A stretch of DNA of 56,047 nt from NCBI GenBank assembly GCA_021162655.1, contig JAGGYI010000138.1, positions 1-56,047 of the forward strand. The letters run 5' to 3'. This DNA comes from Anaerolineae bacterium. GTDB taxonomy: Bacteria > Chloroflexota > Anaerolineae > UBA1429. Below the pieces are notes generated by a model. That model was not told the DNA's origin. It did no database searches and saw only the letters and a program-made list of their open reading frames with translations. Each line of letters opens with the position of its first letter. Within the stretch, counting starts at the first letter, position 1. Both the position numbers and the translations under genes were made by a program. Positions 20,068 to 28,453 of the stretch are shown piece after piece.

Positions 20068-21729
20068 TTACCTACGAAGCTGTTCAAGGGCTTTGGGGAG
20101 ATACTCGAGAAGTTCCCCCGCCAACATACCTACTGAACCACGCTCCTCCCGCCTGAGCTCACCAGCTAAACCATGGAGGAAAGCTCCACAGACGACCGCT
20201 TCATAGCTGGCAAGCCCTTGAGCCATCAAGCCCGCCACGGTTCCGGCAAGGACATCCCCCGTGCCGGCAGTAGCCAAGGTAGGATTCGCAAAGGGGATAA
20301 CCATAGTCCGGCCATCTGGCGAGGCGACAATGCTATAGGCCCCTTTGAGGAGCACCGTGCATCCCCACTTGACAGCTGCCTGCTGAGCCAAGTCCAGGCG
20401 ATCCCTCTGCACCTCCTGCACCTCACATCCCCAGAGCCGAGCCATCTCCCCAGGATGGGGCGTGAGCACACTATTCGCCGGCAGTCCCTCCCACCAACCC
20501 GAATCTTGGGCCAACAAGTTCAAGGCATCGGCATCGAGCACCAAGGGAGGCAGGGAAATCTCCTGGTCCTCAGGTTCCTCCTGGGGCACCTCAAAGCCCA
20601 CTCGCTTAGCCCCAGGCTTTTTCTCCCCGTGAACCAGAGCTCGGACAAACTCTCCCGTCTTGGGATCCTGCCCCAAACCTGGGCCCAAAAGGAGCACCTG
20701 ATAGCCCTCCACCCAATCAGCCAGCACCTTGATAGCTTCAGGGACCAAGGCGCCCAAATCGCTGGGGAGCACAACAAAGGTCGCCTCGGTGAGTTTAGCC
20801 GTCACCGAAGGATAGATCGGTTGGGGCACGGCCAAGGTTACCAAACCCGCCCCGCTACGATAGGCTGCCTCCGCTGCCAGGCAAGGAGCTCCTACATAGT
20901 TTGTCGAGCCCCCAACAACCAACACCTTGCCAAAAGTTCCCTTGTGAGCATCAATGGGGCGCGCTGGTAGCATCTTTGCGATCTCTTGAGCCGTGGCCAC
21001 CTCCAAGGTCTCTGGCACGAGGCGAGGATCGATGCCAATATCTGCCACGAGCAGCTCCCCCACCCAGCGCCCTCCGGGGAAGAGAAAGAGTCCCCGCTTG
21101 GGATAGGCAAAGGTCACGGTAAGATCTGCCGGCAAGGCCCGCTCATCTATCGTCCCCGTATCGCTATCCAGGCCCGAAGGCACATCCACCGCTACGATAA
21201 ATGGGCCCCGATCTCTTGCTCCCTGGCCCTCATAAAGGGTGTGAAGCACCTGTTTGCCCTCCCGTTGCACGCGCTCTCCAAGGGCTCGGCGGACCACTTT
21301 TAAAAGCTCCGGCAAGTCGCCTCGTAGTTCTCCCTTGGCTCCAGTGCCCAAAAGGGCATCTATCAAAATGTCGCAACGGCGCACGCGCTCCTCTAGCAAC
21401 TTCCAGCCCTCATCTTCCTCACTCCTAAAAATGGGGAGCCCCCTCTCCTGGACGCGAACGAGGTTGGGGTCCTCTTTGCGGGCACGCTTCCAAATATAGA
21501 TCACTACGTCAAAACCCCACTCGTGCAGATAGCGTGCCGCCACCAGGCCATCGCCTCCGTTGTTCCCTGGCCCCACCAACACAAGGGCCCATCCCCCTTT
21601 GGGGAAGCGCTCTTTGATCGCCAGGGCCACAGCACGCCCTGCGTTTTCCATCATCTCCGCATAGCTTAGGCCAGCTTCGTCCGCTGCCTTTTCCAGCTGG
21701 CGCATCTCGTCCACAGTAAGCAACTTCAT
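20068..21729 (-). CDS. nnr: bifunctional NAD(P)H-hydrate repair enzyme (epimerase + ADP-dependent dehydratase)
   Basis: YjeF-N segment (GPGNNGGDGLVAARYL) and a carbohydrate-kinase-like C-terminal domain (VVGGSTNYVGAPCLA..GTGDVLAG). Confidence 0.9.
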   Translation of the reverse strand: MKLLTVDEMRQLEKAADEAGLSYAEMMENAGRAVALAIKERFPKGGWALVLVGPGNNGGDGLVAARYLHEWGFDVVIYIWKRARKEDPNLVRVQERGLPIFRSEEDEGWKLLEERVRRCDILIDALLGTGAKGELRGDLPELLKVVRRALGERVQREGKQVLHTLYEGQGARDRGPFIVAVDVPSGLDSDTGTIDERALPADLTVTFAYPKRGLFLFPGGRWVGELLVADIGIDPRLVPETLEVATAQEIAKMLPARPIDAHKGTFGKVLVVGGSTNYVGAPCLAAEAAYRSGAGLVTLAVPQPIYPSVTAKLTEATFVVLPSDLGALVPEAIKVLADWVEGYQVLLLGPGLGQDPKTGEFVRALVHGEKKPGAKRVGFEVPQEEPEDQEISLPPLVLDADALNLLAQDSGWWEGLPANSVLTPHPGEMARLWGCEVQEVQRDRLDLAQQAAVKWGCTVLLKGAYSIVASPDGRTMVIPFANPTLATAGTGDVLAGTVAGLMAQGLASYEAVVCGAFLHGLAGELRREERGSVGMLAGELLEYLPKALEQLRR

Positions 21730-21856
21730 CTCTTCTTCCCTCCAAGCCAGCTATACTTGGGATTGTAGGATTCCTCCCTAGGCATGTCAAAGGATGGCTC
21801 CAAACGCAGGGCACACTCCCCATTGTCCAGCCCTCGCTCCAAGACCTAAAAGCAGC

Positions 21857-21885
21857 TTGCAGCACACGGACGGGCATGGTATACT
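21857..21885 (+). promoter_or_regulatory. candidate promoter of the eight-gene unknown operon
   Basis: TTGCAG (21857..21862), 17-nt spacer, TATACT (21880..21885) preceded by TGG (extended -10-like), 55 nt upstream of the first ORF. Confidence 0.45.
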
Positions 21886-21939
21886 GCTCTTCGCCTTGAA
21901 AAATATAGGAAAGCGCATCATAATCCGGAGAAGGAGCGC

Positions 21940-22857
21940 TTGAAAAGCTCGGCGAGTGTGCAAAAAGCAGTCCTTCAACAAAGGATCGCGGAAGGAGAAG
22001 AGATCCTCGCCCGTTGCCAGGAGATCGCTTCTTTAGCTCAGGGCAAACTAGAAGATGCTATCCCTCGACTCGTTGATTTTCTCGGCGCAGGGGACCCCCT
22101 CGTCCGTCGAGAAGCTAGCGAGGCACTCGCCCTGTTAGCCAAGCGCACGCAGAGGCATAGTCACTTGGGGCTAAGAGCCCCCACGATAGGATGCGAAGAG
22201 CTTCTGGCTCTTTTACAAAAGAATCTACAGGCAAAGGAGGCCCATCGGCGAGCTGCGACGGCGGATACCTTGGGGCTCTGGGGCTATGAACCAGCGATAC
22301 CGTTGCTCCTGGAGGCCCTACAGGAGCAAGATCCCAGCGTGCGGGCAAGTGCAGCTACAGCCCTGGGGCAGATGCGCGCTCTAGAGGCTACAAAGCCTCT
22401 CCTTGCCCTCTTGGAAGACCCCTCGCCCTGGGTTCGCCTTGCTGCCGCCGAGGCCTTGGGGCAGATAGGAGCAGAAAAAGCCACGGCCGACTTGGCAAAG
22501 CTTCTTCAAGATGCACACCCAGCTGTTCGCCTAAAAGCAGCGCTTGCCTTGGGCCACTCTTCGACAGGCAAGGCCCGTCGAATCCTGGAGAATTGTGCCC
22601 TCGGGCCAGACCCCGCTCTGCGTTGGGCTGCAGCCAAGGGCTTGGCAACAGTAGGGGATGCAGGCTCCCTGCCCATTTTGGAAGACCTCGTAGACGAGCA
22701 GGAGGCCTTTTTCGCCCAACCCACAGGCCAGCTGGCCCAGAGGGCCATTCGGGCTATCCGCGCCAAGGAAGAAGGCTTTTGGGGCTGGTTACATAGGTTG
22801 CTGGCCAGCATTGCTCACTGGCTACGCAAAAGACGAGGAATCTCTGGCGATGAATGA
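21940..22857 (+). CDS. HEAT-repeat protein (PBS-lyase-type HEAT repeats)
   Basis: At least five repeats of the form DPxVRxxAAxALGxxG (DPLVRREASEALALL, PSVRASAATALGQM, SPWVRLAAAEALGQIG, HPAVRLKAALALG, DPALRWAAAKGLATVG). The TTG start is uncertain. Confidence 0.75.
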   Translation: MKSSASVQKAVLQQRIAEGEEILARCQEIASLAQGKLEDAIPRLVDFLGAGDPLVRREASEALALLAKRTQRHSHLGLRAPTIGCEELLALLQKNLQAKEAHRRAATADTLGLWGYEPAIPLLLEALQEQDPSVRASAATALGQMRALEATKPLLALLEDPSPWVRLAAAEALGQIGAEKATADLAKLLQDAHPAVRLKAALALGHSSTGKARRILENCALGPDPALRWAAAKGLATVGDAGSLPILEDLVDEQEAFFAQPTGQLAQRAIRAIRAKEEGFWGWLHRLLASIAHWLRKRRGISGDE

Positions 22858-23134
22858 GAATCCCTGGGAAAGCCAATTGGACGATCCCTTGAGAGAGGCT
22901 GCTGAGGTAATCGTCAAGGGAGGTTTTGCCACTCCTGCGCTCTTTTTGCTTGAACTCTTTAAACCGCTGGGCTTTCTCACCAGCCAACTTCTCCTTTTAA
23001 CAGAGCCACTCTTTGGTCCGGAAAGGGGAACCAATATCCGGCGCTACGCCACGCTTCTGGAGAACAGGGAACAAACAGAGGAATTCATCCGCATGCTGGA
23101 ACGCGGGCGCCCTGGCCCACACACGCGGGAGTAA
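22850..23134 (+). CDS. hypothetical 94-aa protein (operon member 2)
   Basis: The ATG overlaps the HEAT gene stop by 8 nt. One hydrophobic segment (ALFLLELFKPLGFLTSQLLLL). No recognised motif. Confidence 0.45.
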   Translation: MNENPWESQLDDPLREAAEVIVKGGFATPALFLLELFKPLGFLTSQLLLLTEPLFGPERGTNIRRYATLLENREQTEEFIRMLERGRPGPHTRE

Positions 23135-23138
23135 ACAG

Positions 23139-23909
23139 ATGGAAAACGTCTTGCTCGTCACACAAAAGATCGATCTAGGGGCTTGGATTGTACTCCTGAT
23201 CTTTGTCCCTTTTTTCATCCTCTTTACCCTCCGAGCCAAAAGTGGGGCTCGCTTCCCACTGCGTCCCATCGCCGCTTACAAGCGGCTTTGTGAACTTGTG
23301 AGCCAAGCGGCAGAGAGCGGCCATGTTATCCACGTAGGAATGGGGTCCGGAGGCATCGGCACCCCTGCCACCCCCGAAGCGTTGATGGGGCTAACCGTCT
23401 TTGGCTATATCGCTCGCCAAGCCGCCCAGTACAACCAAGCTACCTTGGGCACCACAGGCGATCCAACCATCCTCACAGCCGCTCAGGGGATCCTTCAGCG
23501 GGCGCGGGCCGAGGCAGGCTTCCCCGAGCAGTACAGTCGCCGGGAGCTTCAATTCTACGGTCCTCATCCATTCGCTTATGCAGTGGGGGCTTTCGACTCT
23601 CTGCGCGCCCGGCCTTACCTGGCCAACGTGCTCCTCGGACACTTTGGAGCTGAAGGACTCTGGCTGGCCGAAGCGACAAGTTCCAAAGAGATGAGCCGCC
23701 TAGGAGGAGTAGCCCCTCCTACGGCAGCAGCGCTTATGCAGAGCTCCCTAGACGAGACGGTCATTGGCGAAGAAGTCTTTGCAGCGGGAGCCTACCTTGA
23801 TAAACCCAGCCATCTGGGCAGTCTAGCCTCGCAAGACTTGATGCGGATCATCATCATCCTAACCATTCTTGTGGGGTCCATTTTGACCTCCTTGGGATAC
23901 CTAGGATAG
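23139..23909 (+). CDS. hypothetical membrane-anchored protein, N- and C-terminal TM helices (operon member 3)
   Basis: ATG 23139 lies 4 nt after the previous stop. TM helices at both ends flank a ~190-aa soluble domain. Confidence 0.5.
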   Translation: MENVLLVTQKIDLGAWIVLLIFVPFFILFTLRAKSGARFPLRPIAAYKRLCELVSQAAESGHVIHVGMGSGGIGTPATPEALMGLTVFGYIARQAAQYNQATLGTTGDPTILTAAQGILQRARAEAGFPEQYSRRELQFYGPHPFAYAVGAFDSLRARPYLANVLLGHFGAEGLWLAEATSSKEMSRLGGVAPPTAAALMQSSLDETVIGEEVFAAGAYLDKPSHLGSLASQDLMRIIIILTILVGSILTSLGYLG

Positions 23910-23918
23910 GGAGGAGCG

Positions 23919-24530
23919 ATGAAAAAGACTCTGCCTCTCATCGTCGCCATCCTCTGTGGAGTGTTATCTCTCGCGGACTTTATCATCCCCAATCCACAAC
24001 TTGATGCCCTCGGGGCAGTGCTCGTGGAAGGAGTCACCATCCTTGCTGCCTTTGCCCTCCTGCTTGGGCTCTTGAACATCCTAGGTACCCATGTTCATCG
24101 AGTGGCTACAGGGGAAGGCAGCCGCGGGCTGAGCCTCTCCCTCATCTTGGCAATGCTCATCACGATGGCCGTAGGTATCGCCTTTCCCCATTCGGGAACA
24201 CTCCGCTGGATATTCCGCTACCTCTATGTGCCCCTGCAATCGACAATGACCGCACTGCTGGCCTTTTTTGTCGTCAGCGCCGCATATCGAGCCTTCCGCC
24301 TACGCAACATCGAGGCTTTGATTCTGCTCGTCACCAGCCTACTCGTTCTCTTTACCCAGCTCCCCTTCGTTGGGGCCATCTCCCCCTCTCTCGCCATCAT
24401 CAGAGATTGGCTGATGCGTGTACCTGTCACGGCAGCGACCCGCGGGCTCATCCTGGGGATCGCTTTGGGGACCATTGCCACCTCGCTGCGGATTCTTTTG
24501 GCAGTGGATCGGCCCTACACAGGGGAATAG
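23919..24530 (+). CDS. hypothetical polytopic membrane protein (operon member 4)
   Basis: GGGAGGAG RBS. About 5-6 hydrophobic helices over 203 aa. Confidence 0.55.
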   Translation: MKKTLPLIVAILCGVLSLADFIIPNPQLDALGAVLVEGVTILAAFALLLGLLNILGTHVHRVATGEGSRGLSLSLILAMLITMAVGIAFPHSGTLRWIFRYLYVPLQSTMTALLAFFVVSAAYRAFRLRNIEALILLVTSLLVLFTQLPFVGAISPSLAIIRDWLMRVPVTAATRGLILGIALGTIATSLRILLAVDRPYTGE

Positions 24531-24543
24531 GAGCTAGCACGAG

Positions 24544-25914
24544 ATGATCGTCTGCCCAGTATGCCAGCACCGAAATCCAGAAGGGGCCAAGACCTGTGAG
24601 GCCTGTGGCGCCTCGTTGGAGGGCTTCTTTTATCGGGCCTGCCCCGTCTGTGGGGCATTGAACCCAGCCGAAGCCGTCTTCTGCCGGCGCTGCCTAGCCG
24701 AACTCATCCCTAGCGAAGCGCCAGAGGAACCGCTTCCTCCAACAGAAGCAGAGGCTCCCTCGGAGGAGACGGCCTCTACTGCCCCTCCCACCGAGAAAGA
24801 GGAAACCCCCGAGACTACGGAGGAAGAGATAACAGAAGAACCTTCTGTGGAAGAAGAAATCCTTCCAAAGCCAGAACATCCTCCTGTACCCGTTCCTAAC
24901 CCTCTGGAGGGCTTGGAGGAACTGCTCCCGCTGGAGGCTGCTGTGGCACTGCCCCATCGCGCTGAGCCACGCCAAGTGCACTTTCCCGATGAAACAGAAC
25001 GTCGCGACGCCGAGCTTTTCCAGCAGATTGCCACCGAGCCGGCCCCTCTCCGTGAGCAGGCTCGCGTGCTTGGCACCCCAAGGACAAGGGCTCTCTCCCC
25101 TATAGGAAGGCTCATCCTCTACATTCTCGTCTTACTTATCGCCATCGTTCCTTATTTTAGCGGTGGCTTTACCGCCTCTTGGATCACTCCCCGAGAGGAC
25201 GTCACCACTTTACTCCAATCACTGAATAGTCTTCCCCAAGGAGCCACAGTACTCCTCGCCTTTGACTATGATCCCGCTTATGCTGGAGAGATGAACCCTC
25301 TAGCTCTGGATATAACCCGGCAGCTGGCCCAGCGCTCCGTACACATTGTAGCTCTGAGCACTCAACCAGCTGGCATTGGCCTTGCGGAACAGGTCCTGCG
25401 GCAACTTTCTGACCAAGTTCCCGCCTACCGCTATGGACAAAGCTATGCCATTTTGGGGTATCTCCCAGGGCAAGAAGCAGGCCTGCGCACCTTGAACAGC
25501 TCTCTCGGCGATGCGTTTAAAGAGGACTATTTACAACGGCGCTCCCTCGGCGAACTGCCCGTCACCAGAGGGCTCGCCACCTTGGCAGATTTTGAGCAGA
25601 TCATCCTTTTTGCGGACGATGAGACCACCGTCCGCCGCTGGATCGAGCAGATCCAAAGCCGCAATCCCGAGATACCCCTCCACGCCCTCGTGACGGCCCG
25701 CATTGCGCCTATGCTCGTTCCCTACCGCCAGTCGGGCCAGCTGAGCACCCTTCTCCCCGGAACACCCGGGGCCATCGAACTCGAAGCAGCCATGGGGCGT
25801 CGCTCGTTCCTCACCTGGACGAGTGACGCTTATACTGCCCTCTTTTTCTCTCTTTTGTTCATCGCCGTCATCAGCAATGTGCTTTACCTGAGCTCAACCC
25901 GGCGGGTCCGGTAA
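24544..25914 (+). CDS. double zinc-ribbon membrane protein with acidic Pro/Glu-rich linker (operon member 5)
   Basis: CPVCQHRNPEGAKTCEACG and CPVCGALNPAEAVFCRRC near the N-terminus. ~90-aa E/P/T-rich linker, then a TM helix (LILYILVLLIAIV), a ~230-aa domain and a C-terminal TM helix. Confidence 0.65.
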   Translation: MIVCPVCQHRNPEGAKTCEACGASLEGFFYRACPVCGALNPAEAVFCRRCLAELIPSEAPEEPLPPTEAEAPSEETASTAPPTEKEETPETTEEEITEEPSVEEEILPKPEHPPVPVPNPLEGLEELLPLEAAVALPHRAEPRQVHFPDETERRDAELFQQIATEPAPLREQARVLGTPRTRALSPIGRLILYILVLLIAIVPYFSGGFTASWITPREDVTTLLQSLNSLPQGATVLLAFDYDPAYAGEMNPLALDITRQLAQRSVHIVALSTQPAGIGLAEQVLRQLSDQVPAYRYGQSYAILGYLPGQEAGLRTLNSSLGDAFKEDYLQRRSLGELPVTRGLATLADFEQIILFADDETTVRRWIEQIQSRNPEIPLHALVTARIAPMLVPYRQSGQLSTLLPGTPGAIELEAAMGRRSFLTWTSDAYTALFFSLLFIAVISNVLYLSSTRRVR

Positions 25915-25948
25915 GGAACCCCGTCGGTAGGCCGAGTCGGGAGGACCT

Positions 25949-26674
25949 ATGCTAGAGACTCTGGCAAACGTGATGAATGCACTGCCGGCAGGCACAGCCA
26001 GCACTATAGGTACTTGGGTCGCTGCACTCCTCACCCTAGCGGTGCTGAGTTTCATCTTTGGCGAGAACCCCGCTTTTCGCCTAGCCGAATATCTCTTTGT
26101 AGGAATCGCTGCCGGCTATGCTGGAGCCCTCGCCTGGACCCAAGTTCTCTGGCCAAGGGCAAAACTCTTTTTGGCTAACCCTCAGGCCTATTGGTATTAC
26201 GGGCTCTTTTTTGCACTGGGGCTGCTTCTCCTAACCAGAGGGGTCCGTTCACTATCTACCTTGGGCAATCTGCCTCTGGGAGTGCTCTTTGGCACTGGGG
26301 CCGGGCTAGCCTTGGGCGGCGCCTTGACAGGCTCCCTGGTACCTCAAATTGAGGCCTCTGTCGTCTCCCTCTCCCCAGCAGACTATGGGCAAGGCCTTGT
26401 AGGCTGGGCCTATGCCATCGATGCCTTTATCCTTCTCATAGGGACCATCGCCGTGCTGAGTGCCTTCCACTTTACCGGCAAAGGTCAAGGGGCCTGGAGC
26501 GGCTTTTGGCACGGCCTTCTCCGTATCCTACAGGGCGCCGGAAGAGGCTTTATCATGGTTGCCTTTGGCGCCCTTCTGGCTGGAGCAACACTCAGCTTTT
26601 TCGCTGCTCTACAGAGTCGGCTCGCCTTCCTCCTTCGAGATTGGATCAAGCTCTTTGGGAACATGGGGTTATAG
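25949..26674 (+). CDS. hypothetical polytopic membrane protein (operon member 6)
   Basis: GGGAGG RBS. About 6 hydrophobic helices, Gly/Ala-rich. Confidence 0.55.
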   Translation: MLETLANVMNALPAGTASTIGTWVAALLTLAVLSFIFGENPAFRLAEYLFVGIAAGYAGALAWTQVLWPRAKLFLANPQAYWYYGLFFALGLLLLTRGVRSLSTLGNLPLGVLFGTGAGLALGGALTGSLVPQIEASVVSLSPADYGQGLVGWAYAIDAFILLIGTIAVLSAFHFTGKGQGAWSGFWHGLLRILQGAGRGFIMVAFGALLAGATLSFFAALQSRLAFLLRDWIKLFGNMGL

Positions 26675-26677
26675 CGC

Positions 26678-28453
26678 ATGAGCGACGACAACAAACCCAT
26701 CGAATCGGCCCTCGTAGCAGACATTGGGAGTACCCTTACCCACGTCTGCCTAATCGACCAGGTAGAGGGAATATACCGCCTGATCGCCTGTGCCTCTGCT
26801 CCTACTACTGCATATGGAGCAGAGGGAGATATCACCATCGGGCTGCGCCGTGCTATTGAAAAGATTGAACGCATCGCCCAGCGTCCCCTTTTGAACCGCG
26901 AAGGAGAACCCATTTCCCCGGAGCAGGATACAGGGGAAGGGACAGACATCTTCTTAGCCACCTCTAGCGCTGCCCCGCCACTGGAATGCATCATTGTGGG
27001 GCTCACCAACGACCTCAGCATTCAGAGTGCCCAGCGGGCCTGTGCCACCGCCAATGCCATAGTGACGCATACTATCGCTCTAGGAGCTCGCGGACGCCGC
27101 TGGGATAAAAAGACTCTTGCCCTCCTCCACCAAAGTCCTCCAGATGTCATCCTCATGGTGGGCGGGGTAGATACCGGGCCCACCGCTCCACTAGAAAGCG
27201 CCGCACGGGTATTGGCCAACATCTACGAAGACATTAATCCCGAACAGCGCCCGGTGATTGTCTTTGCTGGCAACCAAGAAGCCCGCCGCCCCGTCGCGGC
27301 CATTCTAGGAGAGGGATTTGACCTTCGGGTGGTTGACAATGTGCGCCCTAACGCCCACATCGAAAGCCCAGGGGAATTGCAGCGTGAGCTCTCGGACCTC
27401 TATTCACAGAACAAGCTTGCCACCCTCCCCGGATACCGACGGCTGCGCCGCTGGTGCAGTTCTGCCATCCTCTCCTCCAGTGAAGCTTTGAGCATTACCC
27501 TGCGCTTTATCGCTCGGCGCAACAAGCTCCCACAAGGAGTGCTGGGGATCGACGTGGGAGGAAACACTACTTATGTAGGGGCCGCCCGGAGTGAGATGTA
27601 TCAATGGGCAACTAGCCCCAACATGGGCACAAGCTATGGGTTGAGGCATGTCGTTAAGGAATCAGGCTTACGCGACATCCGCCGTTGGTTGCCTTTCCCC
27701 ATGCAGACGCGAGAGCTCGTCTCTTACCTAGAAAACGCTTCCCTACGCCCCCAGGGCGTTCCCCAGACGATGGAGGATCTCCTGATCCTCCATGCCCTCG
27801 CTCGCCAAGCCCTCCTCTTGACCATGCGCCGCATCCGGGGGCAGTTCTGGGTAGGAGAAGACGCCCTCATGAGAACCACGCCTCCCTTTGACCTGCTTGC
27901 CGCCCGAGGGGGGCTCCTTTCCCACACCGTCCAAGACGGCCTCACCGTCCTCACCATCCTGGACGCTGCTCAACCCACAGGGTTGATCCGCCTGGTGATC
28001 GACTGGGCCTCACTCTGGCCCCAGCTGGGTGCACTGGCCCAAGTTGCCCCCCTAGCCGCCGCCCAAGTACTTGAGCGCGACGGCTTCCGCGAGCTTGGCA
28101 CTATCATCGCCCCCATCGGCGAGGCCCGCGATGGGGACCGCGCCCTCCACCTCCGCATCATCCGTCAGGATGGACAAGTAACAGAGGCTGACATCCCTGC
28201 GGGCACGATCCGCCGCTTCCCCTTGGGGCTGAACGAGCAGGCTACGGTGGAGGTCAGGCCCAGCCGCCACTTTGATATCGGCCTCGGCCGCAAGGGATTA
28301 GGAGGAAAAGCCCAGGTTCGCGGGGGTAGCCTGGGGATCATCATCGACACACGGGGGCGGCCGTTAGGGCTACCCCAAGACGCTCGGCGCCGCCGCGCCA
28401 AGCTACAAGAATGGTTAGGGAGCTTGATCCATGACGACAACAGCTCCTCGTGA
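26678..28453 (+). CDS. GlmL/MutL-like actin-fold (ASKHA) ATPase-type protein (operon member 7)
   Basis: Phosphate-1-like LVADIGSTLTHV. LMVGGVDTG segment. Second-lobe GIDVGGNTTYV. The pattern recalls the glutamate mutase accessory protein family (Pfam MutL/GlmL, from memory), with an extra ~130-aa C-terminal region. Confidence 0.6.
   Translation: MSDDNKPIESALVADIGSTLTHVCLIDQVEGIYRLIACASAPTTAYGAEGDITIGLRRAIEKIERIAQRPLLNREGEPISPEQDTGEGTDIFLATSSAAPPLECIIVGLTNDLSIQSAQRACATANAIVTHTIALGARGRRWDKKTLALLHQSPPDVILMVGGVDTGPTAPLESAARVLANIYEDINPEQRPVIVFAGNQEARRPVAAILGEGFDLRVVDNVRPNAHIESPGELQRELSDLYSQNKLATLPGYRRLRRWCSSAILSSSEALSITLRFIARRNKLPQGVLGIDVGGNTTYVGAARSEMYQWATSPNMGTSYGLRHVVKESGLRDIRRWLPFPMQTRELVSYLENASLRPQGVPQTMEDLLILHALARQALLLTMRRIRGQFWVGEDALMRTTPPFDLLAARGGLLSHTVQDGLTVLTILDAAQPTGLIRLVIDWASLWPQLGALAQVAPLAAAQVLERDGFRELGTIIAPIGEARDGDRALHLRIIRQDGQVTEADIPAGTIRRFPLGLNEQATVEVRPSRHFDIGLGRKGLGGKAQVRGGSLGIIIDTRGRPLGLPQDARRRRAKLQEWLGSLIHDDNSSS

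Noticed and set aside
21940-22857. Calling the HEAT-repeat protein a phycobilisome lyase (the repeats are the PBS-lyase HEAT type).
   Set aside because: No phycobiliprotein or photosynthesis genes are in the context. The repeat type is widespread outside cyanobacteria, so a functional lyase call is unsupported.
24630-25115. Minus-strand 161-aa Ser/Gly-rich ORF and other antisense ORFs over the acidic linker of the zinc-ribbon protein.
   Set aside because: It is the mirror image of the Glu/Pro/Thr-rich coding repeat on the plus strand, with no start context.
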